From assembly GCA_964016885.1 (NCBI GenBank), contig OZ024740.1, positions 385,020,001 through 385,084,000 of the forward strand: a DNA stretch of 64,000 nt, read 5' to 3'. The position numbers and the translations under genes are program-made. The notes beneath the pieces were generated by a model. The model did no database searches. It was given only the letters and a program-made list of their open reading frames with translations, and was not told where the DNA came from. This DNA is from Eledone cirrhosa (Eukaryota). This document shows positions 41,401 through 51,298 of this stretch, piece after piece (position 1 is the stretch's first letter; each line of letters begins with the position of its first letter).

Positions 41401-41859
41401 TGCATAGTCCCAACGTGCATCTAGGATGTCATTCCAATCCCCCGCTAGAAGCAGGGAACGCGACGTTCCCAGAAAAGTCTCCAAACGCTGGAAGAAGTCG
41501 GGCCGTTCAGCTCCGAAAGGGGAGTAGACGGCGACCAGTCTCAAGGCCGCACTTTCACTACTGCCAACGTCTAGCACCAACAAACGACCCTCCGGGTCCG
41601 AGTGCACAACCTGTACGGCAAGACCCAGGTGTTTTTGCAGCAGCACGACAACCCCACCCCCACCTCCAGGTTGACAGAGAGATGCATGCACCTCAAAGTC
41701 ATCGAAGGTGGGGGCCAGCTGCCGCATGACGCTGATTCGAGTCTCACAGATAACCATTACATTTATACTACATGACCTGAGGTCATTTAGAAGCTTTGCT
41801 TGCTTCCAAGTTGAGCCCAGGCCACGTGCATTCAAACATCCTACTCTTAACACATCCAT
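38422..41859 (-). CDS. ORF2: APE endonuclease-reverse transcriptase (1145 aa)
   Basis: LNARG, ICETR, AGDWN, YLDR, TDH, YADD, CPRC...H...C. Confidence 0.95.
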   Translation of the reverse strand: MDVLRVGCLNARGLGSTWKQAKLLNDLRSCSINVMVICETRISVMRQLAPTFDDFEVHASLCQPGGGGGVVVLLQKHLGLAVQVVHSDPEGRLLVLDVGSSESAALRLVAVYSPFGAERPDFFQRLETFLGTSRSLLLAGDWNDILDARWDYAGACPNRGGCNSLKGLLDRFNLVDRYRLDFPTVPTWTWRNHSGQSRSYLDRFLVRSKDRDILSCPEMRTVGYTDHKLVTCVVNLEKTHRQGPGYWKLNLSLPAKETYRNRISRLVKERLTGAIVNNRWWASLKREIRTESISYSKMLAANRNRNEKELTGKLEEAIKSEDVARVLASRTALNQFFDAKHEGCVIRSKIRALGNEGAKAVGWARVTEAKSGNRSTIRSLQDEDGRVIREPKQMCEAFQKHFARLFGGGEGPGRGVDFGPYLDGLPRLSNKEAESCEGPISADEIGDALSQCSRRKSPGLDGIPYELYLAMPVFFSELLEAVYCNWQQNGRIPCSVAKGVVTLVRKDENKGDSINNFRPITLLNTELKILAKVLAKRLALVVGGLVGDAQTCAIPSRSIHDNLHLMRYIIERVGNKPGFGGTLINLDQSKAFDRVDHGYLDAVLAAAGFGPVFRGWITALHSNHICSRIKVNGYLSKPFEITRSIRQGCPLSSLLYVLTLEPLLRKLELLQGIPLEPGLSKAVSAYADDVTVMVSTDSEIEAIGTLLEEYERLSGAKLNREKSIGLQLGTWRGRPMPPDGVVGHWTEGPVKLLGVWFGPDLQVEKNWNEVTNKVFALTQKWAKCKLSLKGRAEVANIYIASVTYYRLTVVPCPKETLTTMERMLFQFLWKKRPPMVRRSICCQQPSKGGLGMPWLMMRRHALRLRHLQVFLTGQPVWAPFVKRAFPRLVSLTELQSWVKQRSGKLGDWHTECAQALRALWQAGRAIGGESTSSFYRGLVASRGDDTLGESLDMEEDELASLFGRTFGPGPMDNFQKSLAWQCYRGALPVRERLYRHGRPGRDPSKKICPRCVRHEETVAHALVQCPGVADLWGYAEQLLSRVAPIKLTAESVMTIKPPPLFTKEAKAVFLCVIAMLKEVVWWTRLKGLRSGNFLSGHSLVYFFRYHFGRRIRMEREVLGHRQFYERWVIVARMARVNGPSLYTIL

Positions 41860-41892
41860 GTGGGCGGCAGAGCCAAAGGAGAGTGTAGAGAC

Positions 41893-43770
41893 CTACCTTT
41901 CCGCTTCCCGGGGTTCGGGTTGCACGACTTCCATGGGGTCGGGGGTGTTGGGTGAAGGGGTGTCTTGTGGTGGTGTGGGGTCGTCGGTGTGTGGTGGGGT
42001 TGGGGTGTTTGGAGTTGTGTTGGGGAGGGGAAGGGGAGGGGGAAAGCTTTTTAGTAGGACGCGGTTTATGGGTTTGACAGAGGGTGGTCCTACGTCCTCC
42101 TTAAAATCCTTTTTTAGTTTTTGGTAGAGGTTCATTGGGATTTTTATTAGTTTTAAATGTGGGTGGTTTTCTGATGAAACAAAGTTTACACCTTCGGTTT
42201 GTACCGAAGGATTATTGTATATGAGTTCATTTAATTTATTATTGTTTCTGTTGATGTAAGTATAGTGTAATGTCTTTTTTTCCGATGGTGTGAGTGTTTC
42301 GAAGAGGGGAGGGGCAGGTTTGGTTTTGTTTGTTGCTGGAGGGGTGTTTTCTGTTTTGTTAGATTGTGTTGACATTTGGGTGGGGGTTGTTTGGCCTTGT
42401 GTGTTTTGCACATGTTTTCTTTTTTTCCTTTTAATCTGTCTGAAGGACTCCGTTTCTTCCTCCGAATTCGTTGGGTTATCTTCAGTGTTGGAGGGAAGAG
42501 GTATGTTTGCTGGTAATGTTTCCGTGTTGGTTTTCTTTGTGGGGGAGATGGATGTCACTATGTTAGACTGTGTTGTGTGTTGTGTCTGCGGTGGTTGTGT
42601 TGTTTTATTGAGTGAGAGGTTGGGTGGGCCTGTATTTTGTTTTGGGGTAATGTGTTGTGACTGTTTGTGTTGTGGTGGTGTTGTGGTGTTACTGAGGGAC
42701 GGGTTGGGTGGGACTGAGTTTTGTTGTTTGTTTATCTGTTGTGGTGGTGGTGGTGGAGCTGGTGTTGGTAGCAGGGTTTTCTTTTTGTTGAGTTGGGGAC
42801 AAGCGGCCTTCAGGTGCCCTCTGCCTGCACAGATATGGCAGGACGGCCTTCTCCCCTCCACGCTAATGTTTATATACCCGTGGTCCTCTAATAGGATTCT
42901 GTCGGGTATTTGGGCGATGCGTTCAGGCTTCATTTGTACTACCAGCTCTATACCTGTTCCACTGAACGCATTGCCTGTGGTTTTCCCAATGGAAATCACG
43001 TTGTCATTCACTGGATCGATGAAGCCAGCTATGAGCCAGCAGTAGTCCACATCTGGCATCATTGCATCCAGCCATATGCGTTGAGTTTTTTTCCCCATAT
43101 AAGATGGATAAAAGGTGAAATTTTTCGAACGAATCGGTGACAAAGCACATTTTTTTGCCGCCGATTCGTTCTTCATGATAATTGCTAGGCTTCCATACAG
43201 TCTGTCTTTTCTTATGAAAGTTGTTTCATTCAGTACTTCTGCGAGTACTGTTTTGATATCTGCTTGAGAAGGCTGTTCAGGTTTTTTTGTACTGTTGTTG
43301 ATGGTCCGAAACTTGACCGTTCGGCTTTCAATGTCTTTCGTGAATTCTTGAGGCATTTTTACCAATAAAATACCATTCTCACCTTCACTTATGTATTGTT
43401 TTGCGTCCGTGATCCTTCGTACCACATCTGAAATGTTTTCCGCTATATAAGTCAAAGATTTCTTTGTTTTCTGTGCAAATGAAATCTTGTCGTCTGCTTT
43501 GTTTTCTGATATTATGTTATTTTCAACTGTTATTTTTTTGTTTGTTGTGTCTTTGTTTGTGTTATTAGTATTGTCATGCAATTTTTCAAATTTTTTTTCT
43601 TCGTTGTTTTCGTCATTTAATTTTTTCTCCGCAGATTCGTCCGTTTTTATTTTCATTTTTCCTTCCTTCTCTATGACGTTAGTTGGGAAGGAAGGGAGGA
43701 CTAAAGCGTGCGAGCTTACAACTCTTACCGCTGTCCCCCCACCACTATTTTCGTTCGCTGCGTTTAACAT
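41893..43770 (-). CDS. ORF1 gag-like protein (625 aa)
   Basis: CHICAGRGHLKAAC knuckle; homologous to beta ORF1 (FRT, YMGK, VEGR, HLKLI blocks). Confidence 0.9.
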   Translation of the reverse strand: MLNAANENSGGGTAVRVVSSHALVLPSFPTNVIEKEGKMKIKTDESAEKKLNDENNEEKKFEKLHDNTNNTNKDTTNKKITVENNIISENKADDKISFAQKTKKSLTYIAENISDVVRRITDAKQYISEGENGILLVKMPQEFTKDIESRTVKFRTINNSTKKPEQPSQADIKTVLAEVLNETTFIRKDRLYGSLAIIMKNESAAKKCALSPIRSKNFTFYPSYMGKKTQRIWLDAMMPDVDYCWLIAGFIDPVNDNVISIGKTTGNAFSGTGIELVVQMKPERIAQIPDRILLEDHGYINISVEGRRPSCHICAGRGHLKAACPQLNKKKTLLPTPAPPPPPQQINKQQNSVPPNPSLSNTTTPPQHKQSQHITPKQNTGPPNLSLNKTTQPPQTQHTTQSNIVTSISPTKKTNTETLPANIPLPSNTEDNPTNSEEETESFRQIKRKKRKHVQNTQGQTTPTQMSTQSNKTENTPPATNKTKPAPPLFETLTPSEKKTLHYTYINRNNNKLNELIYNNPSVQTEGVNFVSSENHPHLKLIKIPMNLYQKLKKDFKEDVGPPSVKPINRVLLKSFPPPLPLPNTTPNTPTPPHTDDPTPPQDTPSPNTPDPMEVVQPEPREAER

Positions 43771-44002
43771 TTCTGTTAGATGATTGAAATTTTTTACACA
43801 AAATTTTTTTTAAAACAGGTTTTTCACCTCTAGGAGGGGTAAAGATGAGCTGACCCACCGCCTGACAGTTCAGACGGAGGGTCAAGCTACACAATTGTAT
43901 CAAAATTAAGTTTGAACTCACAAAATTTCCTCAATAAATTTGAACAAAACTTCTGTGCGAAGTGAATGACATCCACACTGTAGAACAGACGACAGCTAGA
44001 TT

Positions 44003-44049
<47 letters not shown>

Positions 44050-44050
<1 letters not shown>

Positions 44051-46163
44051 TCTTTCTTTATTTGCCACAGGGGCGTACATAAATGGGACATTACAAGACG
44101 TGACGGCGGGAGTTTTACATAAAAATCATATAACTTTAACATTAATAAATAACAATAAACTATAGATAATAAAATAACAATTGAAGTCCCCAATAGGGGG
44201 GGGGTTACTGCAGGGTTGTTTTACACCCCGTGGATAGAACAACCCTCAACACCAGGAACACGTTTTGTAGGTCTTCCCGTCTTCCCACTTTTTTATCTTC
44301 CTCAAACTACAGGTTTATATACAGAGAAGGCCCTTTCACTCGGGCCACTTTCGCCACATTCACCCACCTTTCAGCGAATTTACTGGGGTGTAGCACCTCT
44401 CTCTCCACTCTCACCTTCCTTCTGAAGTGGTACTTCTTGTCCGGAGGGAAAGGTGTTTGCCCTCAGTCCTTTTAACCTCGTCCACTATATTACCTCTTTC
44501 GCCATATCCACCAAACATTCTTGAAGGCGGTGGGGTGATCCTCACAATGGACTCGGCTGACAACTGGATGCGTCCCACACGTGACAGTAGTTGTTCGACA
44601 TAATTCCACAGGTCGGTCACCCCAGGGCACTGAACAATTGCGTGCAGAACGGTTTCGATGTCCTACCCGCATCTTGTACAGGTCCTTTTGGCAAGATCTC
44701 TGCCAGGGCGTTCGTGCCTGTAGATGTTGTCTCGAACTGGTAGAGCTCCTCAGTAGCACTGCCAGGTCAGCTACCTCTGGAAGTTATCCATAGCCCCTTA
44801 ACGGAAAGTCCTCCCGAACAGACTGGTCAGTTCGACCTCCTCGATGCCTAGAGTTTCCCTGAGAACGTCGTCGCACCTATCCTCCCCTAATCCCCTATAT
44901 ATTATCGAAGTGGAATCTCCGCTGATTGCCGTTTCCGCTTGGTAGAGGGCTGTGAGCGCCTGAAGGCACTCGAGGTGCCAGGCGCCCATTTTCGGTCTTC
45001 GCTTGACCCAGGACTGCAGCTCTGTTAGTGAGACAAGTTGTGGAAGAGCTTGTCTCACAAACGACAGCCACACCGGTTCGCCGGTCAGGAATACCTGGAG
45101 ATGGCATAGCATCAGCATGTGTTTGCGCATCATCAGCCACGGCATGCCCAGCCCTCCGTTAGAAGGGTGTTGACAGCAGATGGATCTCCTCACCAATGGA
45201 GCCTGTTTCTTCCAGAGAAACTTCAAGAGTAGGCGTTCCATTTTGGTGAAGTGTTCGCGAGGACAAGACACGACTGTCAAGCGGTAGTAGATAACGGACG
45301 ATATGTAAGTGTTCGCGACCTCCGCTCGATCTCAGCCCACTTCTGGGTGAGTGCAAACACCTTTGCCGTGACCTCGTCCCGGTTCTTGTCCACCTGGATG
45401 TCTCAGCCAAACCAGACCCCGAGCAGTTTGACCGGTCCTTCCATCTAACGTCCAACGACACTGTCGGAAGCCATGGGCTTGCCTCTCCATCTGCCGAGTT
45501 TCAAACCCACAGACTTGTTTGGGTTTAGTCTTGCTCCTGTCAACGTTTCGTATTCCTGTAATAGGTTGCTGATTACCCCGATTTCCGAGGTTTTCGACAC
45601 CATTACGGTTACGTCGTCGAGAATAGACCGACGCTGCTTTCCGCAGTTCTGGTTCGATCGGGATGCCCTGCAACAGCTCCAACTTCTGCTGTAATGGCTC
45701 GAGAGTCAGTACATACATAATGGAGGAGAGAGGCCATCCCTTACGGATGGAAAACATGATTTGGAATGGCTCAGATAGGTAGCCATTCACCTTGACTGCC
45801 GAGCAGATGTTGATGTGCATGGCAGCGATCCAGCCTCTGAAGAGGGGACCGAAGCCTGCCGCCTTGAGAACTGCTTCCAAGTATTGATGGTCTACCCTAT
45901 CAAATGCCTTAGACTGACCTTAATTGATCAGAGCCACACCGAAGCCAGGTTTACACCCTACGCTCTCTATGATGTATCGCATGAGGTGGAGGTTGTTGTG
46001 TATGGACCTGGTCGGGATTGCATACGTTTGCGCTTCCCCTACCAGGTTCTCGACAACAAACACCAGCCTCGTTGCTAACACCTTGGCCAAAATCTTTAAC
46101 TCTGTGTTGAGCAGAGTTATGGGCCTCAATCCCCCTTCTTCTCATCTTTCCCGATCAGCGTAA
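44050..46163 (-). mobile_element. Tx1-like LINE copy 5 (family delta), 5'-truncated and degenerate
   Basis: Frameshifted RT pieces (RPITLLNTELKIL...); 3' end abuts (GATA)n. Confidence 0.85.
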
Positions 46164-46213
<50 letters not shown>

Positions 46214-46328
46214 GATCTGAATGAATTCAAAGTGTGGAACCGAGAGTTTACCAATATTGCATTTATACAGATATAGCTGTATCATACAATTTGGCTACTA
46301 ACGCACTTTTAATTGTATACTATATATA

Positions 46329-48725
46329 CTAGCAGAACCGCACTCGTGCGGTTTTATGCTAGCATATATAGTGTGCATATTGATTACGCAAATATATATG
46401 CACATAGATATGATACGTAAATTGACAATATGCACATAAACTGAACAAACACTGTGTTACACTTACTTCTGTAATCAGTAAAGTAATCCATAATACATTT
46501 TTAAAAAAAGTCGATAATGGAGATGGAAAAGCGATGAAACTGTTGACGGAAAATGTTCATGAATCTTCACTTGAGAATGTCGATGGGAAGCTTCAAGCAG
46601 TGAATTTGAAAATAAATCCTGCTGGTATGAATGAATGAATTACATTTACCAATATGAAGAGTTGACTTTCGCTATATTGTTGTTTTACTGTATTCACATA
46701 TAGACTTCTTAAGGTTTTGTAGTGTCCCTTTTCTAGCAGTTAAAAAGAAACTGAAATGCATTTCAACTAAAAGAGAGTGATAGCTATTTCACATCACTAG
46801 AATTTCTTTGTAGACACAGTTGTAAGAAAACAGACCCCCTTTCATTTAATATTTTTATATTTTCTTTTTTTGTAACTCGTAATAATGCAACATACACCTG
46901 GCCATGTGAGAAGAATTGTGTTGGTAGATATACACCTATCTTTTCAAATGTCTGCCCTTCTGCCTTTTGCATGTAAGAGCAAAGGCTGGTTTGACAGGAA
47001 ATTGTTTGCGAGTAAAGGTGAAAGGGAACCCAAGCTCTTGAGATACATGTGTTATCCTTGGTATTAGCAACCTTGTTCCAGGATTGGGACCCAATGCCAC
47101 TTCAGCTTCAATTACATGATTATGTAAACTGATCATGATGTAGTGTGTACCATTGCAATGCCCGTTTAGAGGATCCAGATTTCTCAGACGCATGATGCCT
47201 TTCTTTAGTTTAAGTAAGTGTGTTGGGAAGGCTGATGGGGTAAGTTTGTTGATGAACCCAATTGGATATTGTAGTTCATTACCTACTGTATCAGAGCTTC
47301 TGTAGATTATTTCATGACCAGGGAACGTGTTGACCATGAACTCATTCAACAGTCTTGCTGTATCATTTGTTGGAGTGATAATGGCTCTATTTCCAAGCGA
47401 TAGTGGGTTTGTGTAGTTCCTGGAAATCACACAGTCCAGACACATTACCATATTCCAGACAAAGTTCATTTGGCGGAAGAATTGTGAATGCACCTACAGT
47501 TGGAACATTTGGAATGTTACCATTTCCCACATCAAGAATGTAGTTTCCAAACTGTCTTTCATCAGAATCCTCTGCATTAATTAACCGTTGATTGCTTGTC
47601 ATCTTCATTGTTTCCACATAGTCACAGAGATAGGATCTCTTGATCGTTGCTTCAACTATTTGTGGTCTAGCACCATGACGTACAATTGGAAGAATTTGCT
47701 TCCAGTCACCAGATAGTAATACTGTTCGACCATCAGATGGCTTTTTGCAATCTCGAACATCTTTGAAGCTCCTGTCAAGGCATGGAAAGATATTCTTACG
47801 TCCCATACCTATCTGATCAATGATTAGCAGGTCAGCTTGCTGCATAGGTTTACCTGTCTCATCCCTCTTTGTGAAGAGGCAAGTTGATTCAGCAGTCACA
47901 TTGAGAGGAATCTTGCACTTGGAATGAAGAGTTCTACCTTTGTGAAGCAAAGTGGCTGCTATTCCAGATATGTCAATGGCAGGTGCAATTTTTATTTTAG
48001 ATCAGAGGTAATCCAATAGGATGTTTATGACATAGTTCTTTGCTGTACCTGCACTTGCATTCAAGCAGAGAATTCTGCCTTCATATTAATTTACAGGGGT
48101 GATTACTTTGTGAAAAATAACCAGTTGCTCAGGATTCAATGTTGGCAGAAGTTCATTTATGTTTGCTTGCAGTTGGTATGGCAACAATAGTTGGGTCTGG
48201 GCGAGGAATTCCATAGTTGGCATGAATGTCCAAGCCATCATGTTGGAGTCTTTGTTGGATCTTCTGTAGAACAATCTGCACGGTTTCCATGGACATGACT
48301 TGCATGATATCCTCTGCAAGACCATCTTCCATTTCTGCCAGAACTGCAGAGGGCATGCAGTACAATAAAATGGTACAGAAGATCTCTCGTAGCTGAGGAC
48401 CAAGTGTAATGGATGAGGCCTCTTCCATAGATTTGTCTTTTTCTTCATCTTCATCTAACAGACCAAGTTTCCTACATGCGTCTTGGAATGTTGGAAATTC
48501 AACTCCTTCAATTCTCCTCAAATCTTTGTAGGAAGTTGACCCAGCTTTGTGAAGTAGGATCATTCTGAGGCAATATAATTCAGATTGATGTCTACTGAGA
48601 GATACTGTTGGAATGCGTCCAAGAGATTCACTCATAAATTGTTGATCACCATCCAAATGTCCCTTTTTTCTTCTTTGCCACTTTTTGTTTGTCCAAGTGA
48701 AATATTTAGGAATATACTATATGTT
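46329..48725 (-). mobile_element. Helitron remnant: decayed RepHel PIF1 helicase region plus intact 3' terminus
   Basis: Motifs PKYFTW, GRTLHS, LLIID, GDWKQILP, LRNL...NGT, RKQFPVKPAFALT, SHGQVYVAL. The 3' end has hairpin AACCGCAC-GA-GTGCGGTT then CTAG|T at 46329. Confidence 0.9.
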
Positions 48726-48727
48726 TT

Positions 48728-50345
48728 GTGCCAGATGAGCAATTGCAAGGGCTATTATCCACTGAGAAGCAGTTCAGTGATGATATTAAAATTGAGTTTG
48801 GACTAGATAAATGTGCCAAAGCCACGTTCACCAGAGGAAAGCTGCTGAGGAGTTCAGACATTAATCTTGATCGGGGGAATGTGATAAGAGAACTTGATCA
48901 AGAGGAAACTTACAAATATCTAGGTGATTGTGAAGGAGACGGAATCAAGCACTCGACAATGAGGGAAAGGATAAGGAAGGAATGTTACCGCAGAGTAGGA
49001 GCAATTTGAATGCAACGAATAGGATGGATGCCATAAACCCGCTTGCCATACCAATAGTAACCTACAATTGCAATGCCATCAACTGGTCAAGCACAGAGAT
49101 CCGTAGGCTCGATTCAAAATTCAGAAAATTCTTCACCATGCACAGAATGCATCACCCTAAAGCAGATACAGATAGAATATATCTCCCTAGGAAAGAAGGA
49201 GGGCGTGGATTAATCCAGTTAGATATTGCTTTGAGAACTGCAACAATTGGATTATCCACGTATCTAAGGGAGACGCATGATTGGATGATCAAACTCGTTT
49301 TGAAACATGAGAGCATCAAAAGATCATACTCCATTACAAAAGATGCACAAAGATACAGTAATGAAATACAAATTTCAGAAGTTCCCTTTACTGCTGAAAT
49401 GAAAAACACAGAAAAAGCAAAGCAGGTAAAAGTAACTGCAAAGAAAGAACTGCTACAGAAATGGCAAGAAAAGCCTCTGTATGGAAAATACCCAGAAAGA
49501 GCTAACAATCCTGATGTTGACAAAACTTTAACCCATCAGTGGTTGGCATCCTCTGGACTGAAATCGGAGACTGGAGGAGTGATTATATCAGCCAAGATTA
49601 GTGTCTGCCAACAAAAAAGTATCAAGCCAACATAACAAAAAATGGATGCAACCCATTATGCCGTGTATGTAAAAAACAACCAGAGACCATTGATCATATA
49701 ATTTCAATGTGCAGTCCTATAGCTCCAACCGAATACCTAAACAGGCACGACAGAGCTGGACAATACATACATTGGATAATGTGTAAGCATTTTGACCTGC
49801 CCCATCAAAAGAAGTGGTGGGAACATCAACCACCTCCCGTACTTGAAAAAGATCACATCGCAATATTGTGGAACTTTAGCATCCAAACGGACCGAAAAAT
49901 AGATGCAAATAGACCTGATATAATACTGAAGGACTTTAAAAAGAGGATATGCCTGCTAATTGATATTTCCGTTCCAATAAACAAGAATGTATCTATAAAA
50001 ACATTTGAAAAATGGAGATAGAAATTGGAAAAATGTGGAAGTTGAGAACTAAAACAATACCAATGATTGTAGGCGCTCTAGGAATGATACCTAAGGGGTC
50101 TAATGATTACCTATCCCAAATCCAAGGAATCCTGAGTATAGAAGAAATACAAAAGATAGTACTAATAGGAACTGCCCATAGACTAAGGAAGATTCTGTCA
50201 ATACAAATATATCACAGTTCTAAACACCTAAAGATACATGTATGTGTGTATGTGTCCTTTCTTGAACATGGTGGACCTTGTTGTCTCTTGAGGTCACTGG
50301 GTGTGACTTGGAGATAACTCGTAGGAACATAAAGCAAGATAAATG
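48728..50345 (+). mobile_element. Dong/R4-like RLE retrotransposon, 5'-truncated, ending in (TAA)n
   Basis: RT C-part, CRVC..H..C, RHD, RPD; close paralogue of 53617-55275; (TAA)n at 50346-50387. Confidence 0.88.
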
Positions 50346-50353
50346 AAATAATG

Positions 50354-50384
<31 letters not shown>

Positions 50385-50387
<3 letters not shown>

Positions 50388-51070
50388 GTTTTTGATTTTT
50401 AACATATTTAAATCAATTGTGAAATAATCAATTGTTAGTACAAATGTTGCATAAACCACCGAGTCAAGTCCCATAAAATTTCGAATCCATATTATATTGT
50501 TATATCACTCAAATATTCAATTTTGTATTATATATTTTGTATTCAAAAAAGAAAATGGTTATAAATGGAAGAAAACACCCTCTGTCTACACTATATAGAA
50601 CAGCCAAATAACAGCAATCTCACCAACACCAGAAACTTGATACACCACCTACCCCATCACACTAAATATAACAGCCAGATAACGGCAATTTCACCACCAC
50701 CACCACCAATCCCAGCATCATAATAATAATTTCTATTATTATTGTCTCAAGTTTTAACAAAATGTTTAATTCCAATTTTACGAGAATATGTCAACACAAT
50801 ATATATTAAACATACGCGACACGCACTCATATATACTACATATCACAAAACTCAGTAACGACAACGCCACCGCCGCCACCACTCCATCCATCATTGCTAC
50901 CACTATCCCATCACCGCCGCCACCACTCCTGCATTGCTACCACCACTATTCCCCTGTTAACTTGAGAGAGAAAGGGGAAGGCGGCGGTATCACTAGACAA
51001 GGGAGAAGCTAGCAAAAGATATAAATAGATTGACTTAGTGACCTGGCCACCGGCCAAACGTCAACATCAA
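50385..51070. repeat. Unclassified dispersed repeat, paralogous to 56350-56860
   Basis: Shared blocks TAAGTTTTTGATTTTT, GAAAATGGTTA, ACC-rich tract and CAAAAGATATAAA...GAYTGA-TTAGTG. Confidence 0.6.
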
Positions 51071-51298
51071 CAACTATGGCACTGCTGGCTCACCCCTTCC
51101 TCACCAACAATATAAAAATCCCCAGCACCACCACCGACATAGCCAACAACAATAACAGGCAACTTCAGCAAAAAGTATATTATATTATTGTAATGCACTG
51201 AGTGATTGCTGGCCTTGTGCCTAGAGTGGACACAATTATTAATAATTTCATTCTTAAGCCATGCAATGCTCACATTAAGGAACCACTCATAATAATAA

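Larger units (their letters stand above)
38206..43996 (-). mobile_element. Tx1-like LINE copy 4 (family gamma), full length and intact
   Basis: Both ORFs are open with ATG starts, separated by a 33-nt spacer; (GATA)n on both sides. Confidence 0.95.

Noticed and set aside
24421-46163. Plus-strand ORFs antisense to Tx1 ORF2
   Set aside because: They are shadow frames of GC-rich coding sequence with no independent motifs.
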